DNA of 63,960 nt, filler included, from Lama guanicoe (GCA_013239625.1; 78 parts of 76 records of this genome joined end to end with filler, not necessarily neighbours in it); one strand, 5' to 3'; positions 1 through 12,241 are shown, counted from the first letter of the whole stretch. Notes: generated from the letters alone by a model not told the origin. Made by a program: numbers and translations.

Positions 1-75
1 CTTTGCGTATGAAGTAGCTTTAATTAAATATTATTTTGGAAATTAGACAAAATCTTGAGGATTATTGTAATAATC

Positions 76-480
76 CCCCACCTCCTCCTCCTCCTCCACC
101 TCCTCCTCCTCCAACTCCTCCAACTCCTCCTCCACATTCTCCTCCTCCACATTCTCCTCCTCCTCCACAACAATCTCCTCCTCCACATCCTCCTCCTCCA
201 CATTCTCCTCCTCCTCCACCTCCACCACCTCCTCCTCCTCCTCCTCCACCTCCTCCTCCTCCACCTCCTCCTCCTCCCCCTCCTCACTCTCCTCCTCTCC
301 CCCCCCCTCCCCCCCNNNNNNNNNNNNNNNNNNNNNNNNNNNNNNNNNNNNNNNNNNNNNNNNNNNNNNNNNNNNNNNNNNNNNNNNNNNNNNNNCCTCC
401 TCCTCCTCCACCTCCTCCTCCTCCACCTCCTCCTCTACCTCCTCCTTCTCCTTCTCCACCTCCTCCTACTCCTCCACATT
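76..480 (+). repeat. Degenerate (CCT)n/(GGA)n low-complexity trinucleotide repeat
   Basis: CCT/CCA triplets with CAT-TCT interruptions and an internal N gap; explains the poly-P/L/E/G/R ORFs in the track. Confidence 0.95.
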
Positions 481-671
481 CATTTTTCGGTAGAGAAAGG
501 TAGTACTGCTCTTCCTGGTCATAGAAACCAGGAAAGAACTGAGCGTACTTTGAGATCCCTTTGAAAGGCTGCTTCTGGCTCTTTTTATTAAAGGCTAAAT
601 GCTGCACCAGTGGTCAAACTAATTCCAGCTTGATTTATCCAGTTAATTCTCCATAATTCAACTCTTGAACT

Positions 672-771
672 NNNNNNNNNNNNNNNNNNNNNNNNNNNNN
701 NNNNNNNNNNNNNNNTTAATTAATTAANNNNNNNNNNNNNNNNNNNNNNNNNNNNNNNNNNNNNNNNNNNN
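672..771. other. Artificial scaffold linker N44-TTAATTAATTAA-N44 (first of 77 copies; last 12-mer at ~63717)
   Basis: Invariant 12-mer flanked by 44 N on each side; palindromic, with stops in all six frames; separates unrelated sequences. Confidence 0.99.
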
Positions 772-772
772 G

Positions 773-1396
773 CTCCCTCCTGCTGCACCTGCTGATCTTG
801 CTGCTCCTGAAGATAATGCACCTCCTGCTGATCTAGCTGGTCCTGAAGAGCCTGCCGCTCCTGCTGATCTAGCCACTCCTGAAGAGCCTACTGCTCCTGA
901 AGAGCCTGCCGCTCCTGAACAGTCTGCCGCTCCTGAACAGCCATCTTCTCCTGCTGATATAGCTGCTCCTGCAGAACCTGCTGCTTGTGCTGATCAGGCC
1001 GCTCCTGAACAGCCTGCCGCTCCTGAACAGCCTGCCGCTCCTGAACAGCCTGCCGCTCCTGAACAGCCTGCCGCTCCTGAACAGCCTGCCGCTCCTGCTG
1101 ATCTAGCCGCTCCTGAAGAGCCTGCCGCTCCTGAACAGCCTGCAGCTCCTGAAGAGCCTGCCGCTCCTGCTGATCTAGCCACTCCTGAAGAGCCTGCCGC
1201 TTCTGAAGAGCCTGCTGCTCCTGCTCATCTAGCCACAACTGAAGAGCCTGCCGCTCCTGAAGGGCCTCCCTCTACTGAAGAGCCAGCCGCTCCTGCTGAT
1301 CTTGCCGCCCCTGAAGAGCCTGCCGCTCCTGCACCTGCACCTGCACCACTGGGCATTGGAGAAGCAGTTCTGGCATCATCACCCCCTAGGGCTGAG
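773..1396 (+). CDS. Partial open frame (208 codons, no start or stop in scaffold) encoding an Ala/Pro/Glu-rich hexapeptide repeat ([18 protein letters not shown])
   Basis: Manual translation from 773: [30 protein letters not shown]...[22 protein letters not shown] with no stop; 18-bp units with synonymous variation (GCT/GCC/GCA); the other frames I translated contain stops. Confidence 0.55.
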
Positions 1397-2485
1397 CNNN
1401 NNNNNNNNNNNNNNNNNNNNNNNNNNNNNNNNNNNNNNNNNTTAATTAATTAANNNNNNNNNNNNNNNNNNNNNNNNNNNNNNNNNNNNNNNNNNNNGAA
1501 AGGAGCCTGTGATGAATGTAAATGTCACATCCAGGGACTAAATTTCAGGAAGCCTTAACTAAAGGAATACTCATACAAGATTACAGGAATGTTTGTACAA
1601 GAAGGATGCCAGTCAAACATCATTACTGACAGTGGAAAATGGAGAAAACTTAAGCGTCCACCATCAAGAAAATTATGCAGTAAATCACGGCGAGCTGTGG
1701 GCTCTGAGGGGCCAGTGTTTCGGCATGGTCCAGGGCCTTGTCCACAGCACTCTCTCACCAAAGGTGTCCTTCCAAAAGAGACCACACCTGCACATCAGGA
1801 GACCCCTTACACTGTATCGGAAAGGACTGGGTGAATCTGGAGTGGGAGGACGTCTATGATATACCCCTGAGTGAATAAAGTGAGCTGTAGAAAACATATA
1901 GTATGGCCTTAATTTTCAATAAAGCATATAAATACACACATATATATATAGATTTCTCATATACGTGTATGTATGTACATATGTATGTATGTGTATATAT
2001 ATATATGTCCTAGGCATAAAGGTCATGAAATATATACACATTGTCAACAGCTTTTACCTTCAGGAAATAAGGGGAAGGGAGGTAGGGGACTTTCGGTACC
2101 ACCACGGTTCTCTTTTCAGTATTTCAGTAAAGTATACTTGGAATTTAAAAGTTTATTTTAGTCTGAAGTAAAATGGACGATGCCTCCACAAGACAGAATT
2201 ACTGGTCATTAAAAATCATGCCAGGGGAGATAGAATATTGCAGAAAAAATATAAAAAGCCGAATGGAAAATGGAGTTCTCCACACAGTAAACAGGCACAG
2301 AGTGCACGCTGGTTTTTATGACAGAGGTGATACACTCTGACGAAAAGGACAAAAATAGACGTTAAAGTGTTAATTATTATCTCTGNNNNNNNNNNNNNNN
2401 NNNNNNNNNNNNNNNNNNNNNNNNNNNNNTTAATTAATTAANNNNNNNNNNNNNNNNNNNNNNNNNNNNNNNNNNNNNNNNNNNN

Positions 2486-3500
2486 GAATTCCCAGGGATA
2501 GAGGCTGCAACCCCAAGGTCAGGGAAGATTTTTCCTGGACTTCCCCGTACAGTTAACACCTGTGACTGAAGAGAGCTGCGTGGCGTTGTCTCTCGTGCTC
2601 CCCCACGCACTGACAATGGTCCCGGAATCCTGACCGTGGGCAGGTTCCACCAACGGTCGGGAACTCGTGGGTTCTAACGGAATGCCTAAGCTCGTCTCCC
2701 CTGAGGGTTTCCTAATGTCTCTGTGCCAGGGAATGCTAGGGGTGTTTGCAGGNNNNNNNNNNNNNNNNNNNNNNNNNNNNNNNNNNNNNNNNNNNNNNNN
2801 NNNNNNNNNNNNNNNNNNNNNNNNNNNNNNNNNNNNNNNNNNNNNNNNNNNNNNNNNNNNNNNNNNNNNNNNNNNNNNNNNNNNNNNNNNNNNNNNNNNN
2901 NNNNNNNNNNNNNNNNNNNNNNNNNNNNNNNNNNNNNNNNNNNNNNNNNNNNNNNNNNNNNNNNNNNNNNNNNNNNNNNNNNNNNNNNNNNNNNNNNNNN
3001 NNNNNNNNNNNNNNNNNNNNNNNNNNNNNNNNNNNNNNNNNNNNNNNNNNNNNNNNNNNNNNNNNNNNNNNNNNNNNNNNNNNNNNNNNNNNNNNNNNNN
3101 NNNNNNNNNNNNNNNNNNNNNNNNNNNNNNNNNNNNNNNNNNNNNNNNNNNNNNNNNNNNNNNNNNNNNNNNNNNNNNNNNNNNNNNNNNNNNNNNNNNN
3201 NNNNNNNNNNNNNNNNNNNNNNNNNNNNNNNNNNNNNNNNNNNNNNNNNNNNNNNNNNNNNNNNNNNNNNNNNNNNNNNNNNNNNNNNNNNNNNNNNNNN
3301 NNNNNNNNNNNNNNNNNNNNNNNNNNNNNNNNNNNNNNNNNNNNNNNNNNNNNNNNNNNNNNNNNNNNNNNNNNNNNNNNNNNNNNNNNNNNNNNNNNNN
3401 NNNNNNNNNNNNNNNNNNNNGGTCGGCAGCGAGTGGGTTCTAACGGAATGACTATGCTCATCTACCCTGAGGGTTTTCCTAATGTCTCTGTGCCAGGGAA
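2486..3500 (+). repeat. Satellite A (~267-bp GC-rich tandem repeat)
   Basis: Motif GGTTCCACCAACGGTCGGCAGCGCGTGGGTTCTAACGGAATGCCTAAGCTCGTC, with variants on both sides of the N gap. Confidence 0.93.
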
Positions 3501-4152
3501 NNNNNNNNNNNNNNNNNNNNNNNNNNNNNNNNNNNNNNNNNNNNTTAATTAATTAANNNNNNNNNNNNNNNNNNNNNNNNNNNNNNNNNNNNNNNNNNNN
3601 TAAAAATTAAGTATTTTTGAAATAAAAACTGAACAAGTTGACTTTCAGCTTCATGTGAACTGGAAAATGTACAATATTAAGGTAATATTTGATATTGTTT
3701 AGTTTAAGTATGTTCTAATAAATATAGACATCTTTAAAATCATCCGTCTTAACTATAATACCTTTACTGTACCTAGGTTTAATGAAAGTCAAATAAGATC
3801 CTGTTATATCTGTTGCAGATTTGTCAAAAAATAAATAAACAAAAAAAAAAATAACCGTAATGTGGTTTGGTAAAATTTTAAGTAAATTAAATGCAAATGA
3901 GATGAGAGCTTTGGGTAAATATTTAAAATATATTTTTAAAATGTATGCTGAAGATAATCTCTAAATGTTTGGTATTTTTAAATTCTAGATTTGTGCTAAA
4001 TTTAATTAAATGATAGGATTTTATTAAATAGCTATGCCATTTTCAGATAAAANNNNNNNNNNNNNNNNNNNNNNNNNNNNNNNNNNNNNNNNNNNNTTAA
4101 TTAATTAANNNNNNNNNNNNNNNNNNNNNNNNNNNNNNNNNNNNNNNNNNNN

Positions 4153-5077
4153 ACCAACGGACGGCAGCGCGTAGGTTCTAACGGAATGCCTAAGCTCGTC
4201 TGCCCTGAGAGATTTCCTAATGTCTCTCGGCCAGGGAATGTTAGCGGGGTTTTCATGTATTCCCAGTTAGAGAGGTTGCCTCCCCAAGGTCAGGGAATGT
4301 ATTTCTGGGTCTTCCCCGTAAAAGGGAACACCTGTGACTGAAGAGAGCTGCGTGGAGTTGTCTCTCGAGTTCCCCACGCACTGACAATATTTTTTCGGAA
4401 CCTGAGTGTCGGGAGTATCCACCAATGGTCGTCAGCGCGTGGGTTATAATGGAAAGCCTAAGCTCGTCACACCTGGATTTTCCTAATGTCTCTGTGCCAG
4501 GGAGCACGAAGGATGTTTATAGGAAATCCCAGAGACAGAGGCTGCCTCCGTAAAGACAGGGAAGTTATTTCTCGGACTTCCCACGGACCGGGAAGACCTG
4601 TGACTGAAGTGATTTGCGTGGAGTTCTCTCTCGAGCTCCCCCACGCACTGATTACAGTTCCGGAATCCTGAGCGTGGGGAGGTTCCACCAACGGTCGGCA
4701 GCCCGTGGGTTCTAACGGATTGCCTAAGCTCGTCTTCCCTGAGTTTTTTCCAAATGTCAGGATTCCAGGTAATGCTAGGGATCTGCGCTGCAATTCCCAG
4801 GGTTAGTGGCTGCCACCCCAAGGTCGAGGAATATATTTCTCTGACTTCCCCCGAACAGGGAACACCTGTGACTGAAGAGAGTTGAGTGGAGTTCTCTCTC
4901 GAGCTCCCCCACGCACTGACAATTTTTCCGGAATCCTGAGAGTGGGGAGGTTCCACCAACGGTCGTCAGCGCGTGGGTTCTAAAGGAATGCCTAAGCTCA
5001 CCTGCCCTGAATGTTTTCCTAATGTCTTTGTGCCCGGGAACGCCCGGTGGGTTTACAGGAAATCCCAGATACAGAGG
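4153..5077 (+). repeat. Satellite A, ~3.5 units
   Basis: Anchor ACCAA(C/T)GG at 4153, 4421, 4687, 4955 (spacing 266-268). Confidence 0.97.
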
Positions 5078-5177
5078 NNNNNNNNNNNNNNNNNNNNNNN
5101 NNNNNNNNNNNNNNNNNNNNNTTAATTAATTAANNNNNNNNNNNNNNNNNNNNNNNNNNNNNNNNNNNNNNNNNNNN

Positions 5178-6031
5178 CTAAATTCTGTGTTCTGTATTCT
5201 GTTTTCCATATTCTATATTCTGTGTTGTAAATTTTATGTTCTGCATTCTATATTCTGCATTCCGTATTCTACATTCCATATTCTGTGATCTACATTCTAT
5301 ATTCAAAATTTAATATTTAGTGTTCTGTATTCTTTATTCTTAATATTGTGTTCTACATTCCATGCTCTAAATTCTGGGTTCTATATTCTATACTCTATAT
5401 TCTATATTCTGTTTTCTAAATTGTATATTCTAAATTCTATATTCAGTATTCCGTATTCTATATTCTATATTCTGGGTTCTGCATTCCTTGTTCTCAAATC
5501 TATATTCAGTATTCTGTATTCTATATTCTANNNNNNNNNNNNNNNNNNNNNNNNNNNNNNNNNNNNNNNNNNNNNNNNNNNNNNNNNNNNNNNNNNNNNN
5601 NNNNNNNNNNNNNNNNNNNNNNNNNNNNNNNNNNNNNNNNNNNNNNNNNNNNNNNNNNNNNNNNNNNNNNNNNNNNNNNNNNNNNNNNNNNNNNNNNNNN
5701 NNNNNNNNNNNNNNNNNNNNNNNNNNNNNNNNNNNNNNNNNNNNNNNNNNNNNNNNNNNNNNNNNNNNNNNNNNNNNNNNNNNNNNNNNNNNNNNNNNNN
5801 NNNNNNNNNNNNNNNNNNNNNNNNNNNNNNNNNNNNNNNNNNNNNNNNNNNNATTCTATATTCTGTGTCCTACATTTTATAATCTAAATTCTATATTCAG
5901 TATTCTGTATTCTATATTCTAAATTCTGTGTTGTGAATTCCATGTTCTAAATTCTGGGTTCTATATACTATACTCTATATTGTTTACTCTGGGTTCTAAA
6001 TTCTATATTCTATATTCTATATTCAGTATTC
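5178..6031 (-). repeat. Satellite B (heptamer GAATATA-type AT-rich satellite)
   Basis: Continuous TATATTC/TGTATTC/TAAATTC 7-mer variants. Confidence 0.95.
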
Positions 6032-6131
6032 NNNNNNNNNNNNNNNNNNNNNNNNNNNNNNNNNNNNNNNNNNNNTTAATTAATTAANNNNNNNNNNNNN
6101 NNNNNNNNNNNNNNNNNNNNNNNNNNNNNNN

Positions 6132-6636
6132 CCATATTCTATATTCTATATTCTGTGTTCTACATTCAATATTCTATATTAAATATTCAGTATTCCGTAT
6201 TCTATATTCTATACTCTGTGTTCTATATTCTATATTCTAAATTCTATATTCAGTATTCTGTATTCTATATTCTAAATTCTGTGTTCTGCATTCCATGTTC
6301 TAAATTCTGGGTTATATATTCCTTTTTCCATATTTTAAATTCTGTGTTCTACATTNNNNNNNNNNNNNNNNNNNNNNNNNNNNNNNNNNNNNNNNNNNNN
6401 NNNNNNNNNNNNNNNNNNNNNNNNNNNNNNNNNNNNNNNNNNNNNNNNNNNNNNNNNNNNNNNNNNNNNNNNNNNNNNNNNNNNNNNNNNNNNNNNNNNN
6501 NNNNNNNNNNNNNNNNNNNNNNNNNNNNCTATATTCTATATATTCTGCATTCTGTAGTCTATATTCTATATTCTGTGTTCTACATAATATAATCTAAATT
6601 CTATATTCAGTATTCTGTATTCTATATTCGAAATTC
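6132..6636 (-). repeat. Satellite B
   Basis: Same 7-mer variant array. Confidence 0.95.
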
Positions 6637-6736
6637 NNNNNNNNNNNNNNNNNNNNNNNNNNNNNNNNNNNNNNNNNNNNTTAATTAATTAANNNNNNNN
6701 NNNNNNNNNNNNNNNNNNNNNNNNNNNNNNNNNNNN

Positions 6737-7235
6737 GTTCGGAATTCCATGTTCAAAATTCTGGGTTCTATATTCTCTATTCTATTATCGATATTCTGTG
6801 TTCTACATTCTATATTCTAAATTCTATATTCAGTATTCTGTATTTTATATTCCCAATTCTGTGTTCTGCATTCCATGTTCTAAATTCTGCGTTCTATATT
6901 CTCTAATCTATATTCTATATACTGTGTTCTGCATTCTATATTCTGTATTCTATATTCTGCATTCCATATTCTATATTCCATATTCTGTGTTATACATTCT
7001 TTATTCTAAATTCGAAATTTAGTATTTTGTATTCTATATACTAAATTCTGTGTTCTAAATTCCATGTTCTTAATTCTGGTTTCTATATTCTCTATTCTAT
7101 ATTCTACAATTTGTGTTTATAATTCTATATCCTATATCCAATATTCTGCATTCCGTAGTCTATATTCTATATTCTGTGTTATCCTATATCCAATATTCTG
7201 CATTCCGTAGTCTATATTCTATATTCTGTGTTCTA
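6737..7235 (-). repeat. Satellite B
   Basis: Same 7-mer variant array. Confidence 0.95.
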
Positions 7236-7617
7236 NNNNNNNNNNNNNNNNNNNNNNNNNNNNNNNNNNNNNNNNNNNNTTAATTAATTAANNNNNNNNN
7301 NNNNNNNNNNNNNNNNNNNNNNNNNNNNNNNNNNNGGTGCTGGGTATGAGAGATTCAGAGATGCTTTCCTAGAACTCCCCACTCACAGGAGAGGCAGACA
7401 GTTAAACAGATTATTAAAAGATGTGGCAAGGACCACAAGTGCCAGGTATACACAGGCACGTCCTGGGCTGTGATCTAGCCTGGGAGGAAGAGCCAGAGGA
7501 TGGCTGCCTGGAAGAGGTGACAGCTCTAAAGGCTGAGTGAGGGTTACCAAAGGAGAAGGAAGTGAGGCTTTCAGGCACTGAATGCTAGTTAGCCAGCCAA
7601 AGCAAAAGCAAAACAAA

Positions 7618-7702
7618 GCGCGCGCGCGTGTGTGTGTGTGTGTGTCTGTGTGTGTCCATGTGTCTGTGTGTGTCCGTGTGTCTGTGTGTGTGTGTGTGTG
7701 TC
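7618..7702 (+). repeat. Compound (GC)n(GT)n microsatellite
   Basis: GCGCGCGCGC followed by an interrupted GT run. Confidence 0.9.
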
Positions 7703-8178
7703 CCCATGCTGCCTGCCATAGAAGTCACTGGCAAATTTTACCTTGGAAAGATGGGGGAGGAGGCCGTGGAGAGGGGCCAGTGCAGGCTTGGAGAGCAGTG
7801 AGGCAGCCCTTGCAGTAGCTGATGGGACTGACTCGGTTGGGCAGGGGCAGCCTAGGGGAGAGGAGAAGCTGGCTCAGAGAAACAGTAGGGAGCCACATGG
7901 ACTGGCAAGGTGACTTTCAGGATGAAGAGCCAATGGGCAGAAACAGAAAACTGACCAGATATGCAGGAGGCCGAGCTGTCCAGCTGAGTGTGGTGATCAC
8001 ACAAAGGCACTTCCTCAAGAAATCCATCCTGGCCTTGAATTGTAAAACATGCTCCACTCAGGCTCTACAAACTCTCCANNNNNNNNNNNNNNNNNNNNNN
8101 NNNNNNNNNNNNNNNNNNNNNNTTAATTAATTAANNNNNNNNNNNNNNNNNNNNNNNNNNNNNNNNNNNNNNNNNNNN

Positions 8179-8625
8179 ACACTTGAAAAGTTTATGTGTT
8201 CTGCTTTTCTAATGCAGTGTCCAAAAAACCAGTTAGGTTCAAATGATCTAATATATTATTAAAACATCTATTTCCTTACAGATATTTTTTCTGGATGATC
8301 TGGCTATCAGAATAGTGAGGTGTTAAATTCATCTATTATTATTTTTTTATAATCAATTAATTCCTTCATGTCTACTAATATTTCTTTATATACTTAGGAT
8401 CTATGGTGTTGGGTCCATATATAATTTAATGTGTGTAATACCCTATTTTAACATTGATCTCTTTTTCATTATATAATCTCATATATATCTTTCATTGTGG
8501 CCCTTAATTTGAAACGTATTTTGTATGAGTTGAGCATTGCAATCTGCATTTTCTTATCATTTCCATGAAATAACTCTTCCATCTATTTCTAGGATGTGTT
8601 TATCTTCCACCATAAAGTGAGACCT
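8179..8625 (-). mobile_element. Decayed LINE-1, ORF2 endonuclease region
   Basis: Antisense L1-like text (TTTTCTGGATGATCTG...GTGAGGTGTTAAA); paralogous to 14730-15055. Confidence 0.75.
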
Positions 8626-8629
8626 TTTG

Positions 8630-8744
8630 TGGTGGAGGCCAAGATTGTGGAGTAGAAGGATGCTCAATACTAACCCTTTCCCACAAATGCACCAAACTCA
8701 CATCAACAGACCCACTCAGCTAACCAGAGAACCTGCAGAAATCT
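8630..8744 (+). mobile_element. LINE-1 5' end (diverged)
   Basis: CAAGATTGTGGAGTAGAAGGATGC...ACAGACCCACTCAGC aligns with the L1 5' end at 42431-42535. Confidence 0.75.
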
Positions 8745-8844
8745 NNNNNNNNNNNNNNNNNNNNNNNNNNNNNNNNNNNNNNNNNNNNTTAATTAATTAA
8801 NNNNNNNNNNNNNNNNNNNNNNNNNNNNNNNNNNNNNNNNNNNN

Positions 8845-9467
8845 ACAGACAATTTTCTGGAAAAATGCTGTCCACCAAGAATGAATCAAGAACAAACTGA
8901 CCCATTGAGCAAGCATAGCAGTAGAAATGAAATCAAAATAGCAATATAAAACCTCCCTACAAATATCAGTCCAGGACCGGACAGATTCAATGAGGAATTC
9001 TAACGATCATACAAAGAAGAACTCACACCAGTGTTTCTGAAACTCTTCCAGAAGATTGAAAGGAAGGAAAACTCCCAAAGTCATTCTAGAAGCCACAATC
9101 AGCCTGATACCACAACCAGGATAAGACACTACCAAACAAGAGAAATATAGGGCAATATCACTGATGAACACAGACACAAAAATCCTCACCAAAATAGTAG
9201 CAAATAGAATCCAAAAGCAGATAAAAAGTTAATACATCATGGCGAAGTGGGGATCATGCCAGGGACCCAGGGGTTTTTCAATATATGCAAGTCATTCAAT
9301 GTAATAGAGCACATCAACAAGAAAAAGACCAAAACCACATGATCATCAAAATAGACGCAGGAAAACATTTGATAAAATTCAACACCCATGTTTGATAAAA
9401 AGTCTCAAAAGGGTGGGTATAGAGGGAACATATACCAGCATCATGAAAGCTATAGATAACACACCTA
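8845..9467 (+). mobile_element. LINE-1 ORF2 reverse-transcriptase region, disabled
   Basis: Translates to [46 protein letters not shown] with in-frame stops. Confidence 0.93.
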
Positions 9468-10158
9468 NNNNNNNNNNNNNNNNNNNNNNNNNNNNNNNNN
9501 NNNNNNNNNNNTTAATTAATTAANNNNNNNNNNNNNNNNNNNNNNNNNNNNNNNNNNNNNNNNNNNNGGTAATCTTTTGCATATCCCACCAATATGACCA
9601 TTACCAAGAGAAGAAAGGGCCCACTTGCAGTAGGAGATCTGTGTCTGAACAACAGTGGTTTTTCCTACAACAGAAACATCAAGCTTTAAACTTGTCAGCT
9701 GAATTATGATGGTGACTATTTTGTTGCTTATATTAGCAGTCTGGGGTTGAGATCGGCTGCTTCAGCAGCTAATTTCCAGCTCCCTTATCAGACACTGGGT
9801 CTTACCGTGATCATCTTAACAAGGTTCTATACTGATTAATCAAAAGCTTTACTTTTAAAATCAGAAATCCTAAAGAAGAATATTGTTGGTTACTCCATCT
9901 CTAATTTTCTACCTGGGAACCCTCGACTATTGGCAAAAGTACAAAAGTTGGCTGGTGATGTGATTACTATTCTCTGAGCTCCGCCCACAGAACTCTTCCC
10001 ACTAACTAATATAAATCTGTCTACCACTGTTTGTGTGTATGCAAATGCATTGTCAAGCNNNNNNNNNNNNNNNNNNNNNNNNNNNNNNNNNNNNNNNNNN
10101 NNTTAATTAATTAANNNNNNNNNNNNNNNNNNNNNNNNNNNNNNNNNNNNNNNNNNNN

Positions 10159-11263
10159 AATAGCATGACATTGACACAGAGATATAATCAATAAAAACAG
10201 AGAGAACAGAGAAATAATTCCACACACCTATGAGCAATGAATCAATGATAAAAGAGACAAGAGTACACAATGGAGAAAAGACAGTCTCATCAGTGGGTGG
10301 TGTTTGGAAAGCTGGACTTCTACATGTAAAACAGTGAAATTAGAGCATTCATCCCTGACATCATATACAAACATAAACCCCAAGTGTATTAAGAACCTAA
10401 ATGTAAGACCTGATACTTTAATTCTGCTAGAAGGGAATACAGGTGGTACTCTATTGGATAACTATCATAGGAATATTTTCTACTATCAGTTTCCTACGGT
10501 AAAAGAAATATAAGCAAAAATAAGCAAGTGGGACCTAAATAAACTTGAAAAATTCTGCATACGTAAGGAAACTATGAATGAAATGAAAACACTGCCTGTG
10601 TGTTTGGAGAACATATTTGCAAACAATGCAAGAGACCAGGGGTTAATAGATGAAGTTTAATTGTTGTAACATGGATTTAGGTTACACAACTCAATATGAA
10701 AAAGAAAACCCAATTAAAAAAAAGAGCAGAGTACCTGAGTTAATATTTTTCCAAAGAAAACATACAGACGAGTCACTGGCAAGTGATAAAAATGTTCAAC
10801 ATGACTAATTATTAGTTAATTGCATTTCAAAACCACAATGAATTATCACTTCACACTGGTCAGTGGCTATTATCAAAAAGTCTACAAATAGAAAGTGTTT
10901 GAGACGATGTGGAGGTAAGAAATCTCTTGTATATTCTTGGTNNNNNNNNNNNNNNNNNNNNNNNNNNNNNNNNNNNNNNNNNNNNNNNNNNNNNNNNNNN
11001 NNNNNNNNNNNNNNNNNNNNNNNNNNNNNNNNNNNNNNNNNNNNNNNNNNNNNNNNNNNNNNNNNNNNNNNNNNNNNNNNNNNNNNNNNNNNNNNNNNNN
11101 NNNNNNNNNNNNNNNNNNNNNNNNNNNNNNNNNNNNNNNNNNNNNNNNNNNNNNNGATATGAAATTAAATATGCGATGGAATATTACTCAGCCATGAAAA
11201 GTATAACACATTGGTATTTTAGCATCATGAATTGTCCTAGTATATATTGTGCTTAGTGAATTA
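10159..11263 (+). mobile_element. LINE-1 ORF2 C-terminal region, disabled
   Basis: LTSYTNINPKCIKNLNVRPDTLILLEGNTG and VAIIKKSTNRKC motifs; MEYYSA near the end. Confidence 0.9.
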
Positions 11264-11363
11264 NNNNNNNNNNNNNNNNNNNNNNNNNNNNNNNNNNNNN
11301 NNNNNNNTTAATTAATTAANNNNNNNNNNNNNNNNNNNNNNNNNNNNNNNNNNNNNNNNNNNN

Positions 11364-12141
11364 TCATAAATACCTTTTATTATGTTGAGATATGGTCCCT
11401 CTGTTCCCTCTGCTATAAGAAATTTTTTTGCAGATAGGTGTTAAATGTTATCAAATGCTTTTTNNNNNNNNNNNNNNNNNNNNNNNNNNNNNNNNNNNNN
11501 NNNNNNNNNNNNNNNNNNNNNNNNNNNNNNNNNNNNNNNNNNNNNNNNNNNNNNNNNNNNNNNNNNNNNNNNNNNNNNNNNNNNNNNNNNNNNNNNNNNN
11601 NNNNNNNNNNNNNNNNNNNNNNNNNNNNNNNNNNNNNNNNNNNNNNNNNNNNNNNNNNNNNNNNNNNNNNNNNNNNNNNNNNNNNNNNNNNNNNNNNNNN
11701 NNNNNNNNNNNNNNNNNNNNNNNNNNNNNNNNNNNNNNNNNNNNNNNNNNNNNNNNNNNNNNGTTCTAGCTCCAATCTTTTGGAAGTATTTGAGGAGGAC
11801 TGTTATGTATTTTTCTTTGTATGTTTGGTCAAATTCCCCTGTGAAGCTATTTGGGTCTGAAATTTTGTTTGCAGAGATTTTTTATTTTATTGATAATTCT
11901 ATTCCATTTCTGGTGATTTTTCTGTTCAAATGATCAATTTCTTCTTGATGCAATAAATGTGGGCTGAATATTTCCAGAACCTTCTCCATTTCTTCTAGGT
12001 TATCCAGTTTGTTTCCATGCAGTTGCTCATGGTATTCCCTTATGATAATTTGCAAATTTGTAGTACTCTTGGTAGTTTCTCCATTTTCATTCCTTATATT
12101 ATTGGTGTGCTCTCTCTTTTCTTGTTGGTGAGCTGTCCTGA
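11364..12141 (-). mobile_element. LINE-1 ORF2 fragment, decayed
   Basis: Antisense L1 text (AATTCCCCTGTGAAGCTATTTGGGTCTG); paralogous to 20731-21020. Confidence 0.85.
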
Positions 12142-12241
12142 NNNNNNNNNNNNNNNNNNNNNNNNNNNNNNNNNNNNNNNNNNNNTTAATTAATTAANNN
12201 NNNNNNNNNNNNNNNNNNNNNNNNNNNNNNNNNNNNNNNNN

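Noticed and set aside
24..607. Poly-Pro (extensin-like), poly-Glu, poly-Leu, poly-Arg and poly-Gly ORFs
   Set aside because: All arise from one CCT-type simple repeat; flanking frames contain stops and match nothing I recognise
888..1238. Minus-strand QERQAL (trichohyalin/involucrin-like) and GAAGCS ORFs
   Set aside because: Both frames are broken by stops within the repeat; they are antisense shadows of the open + frame at 773-1396
5346..7022. Hydrophobic FYILYS-rich 'membrane protein' ORFs (also near 16.5, 29-31, 51 and 58 kb)
   Set aside because: Translations of the heptamer satellite
9568..10058. Possible ERV pol RNase H remnant on the minus strand
   Set aside because: Only a weak, frameshifted GN..A.EAA-like resemblance; not supportable without a search
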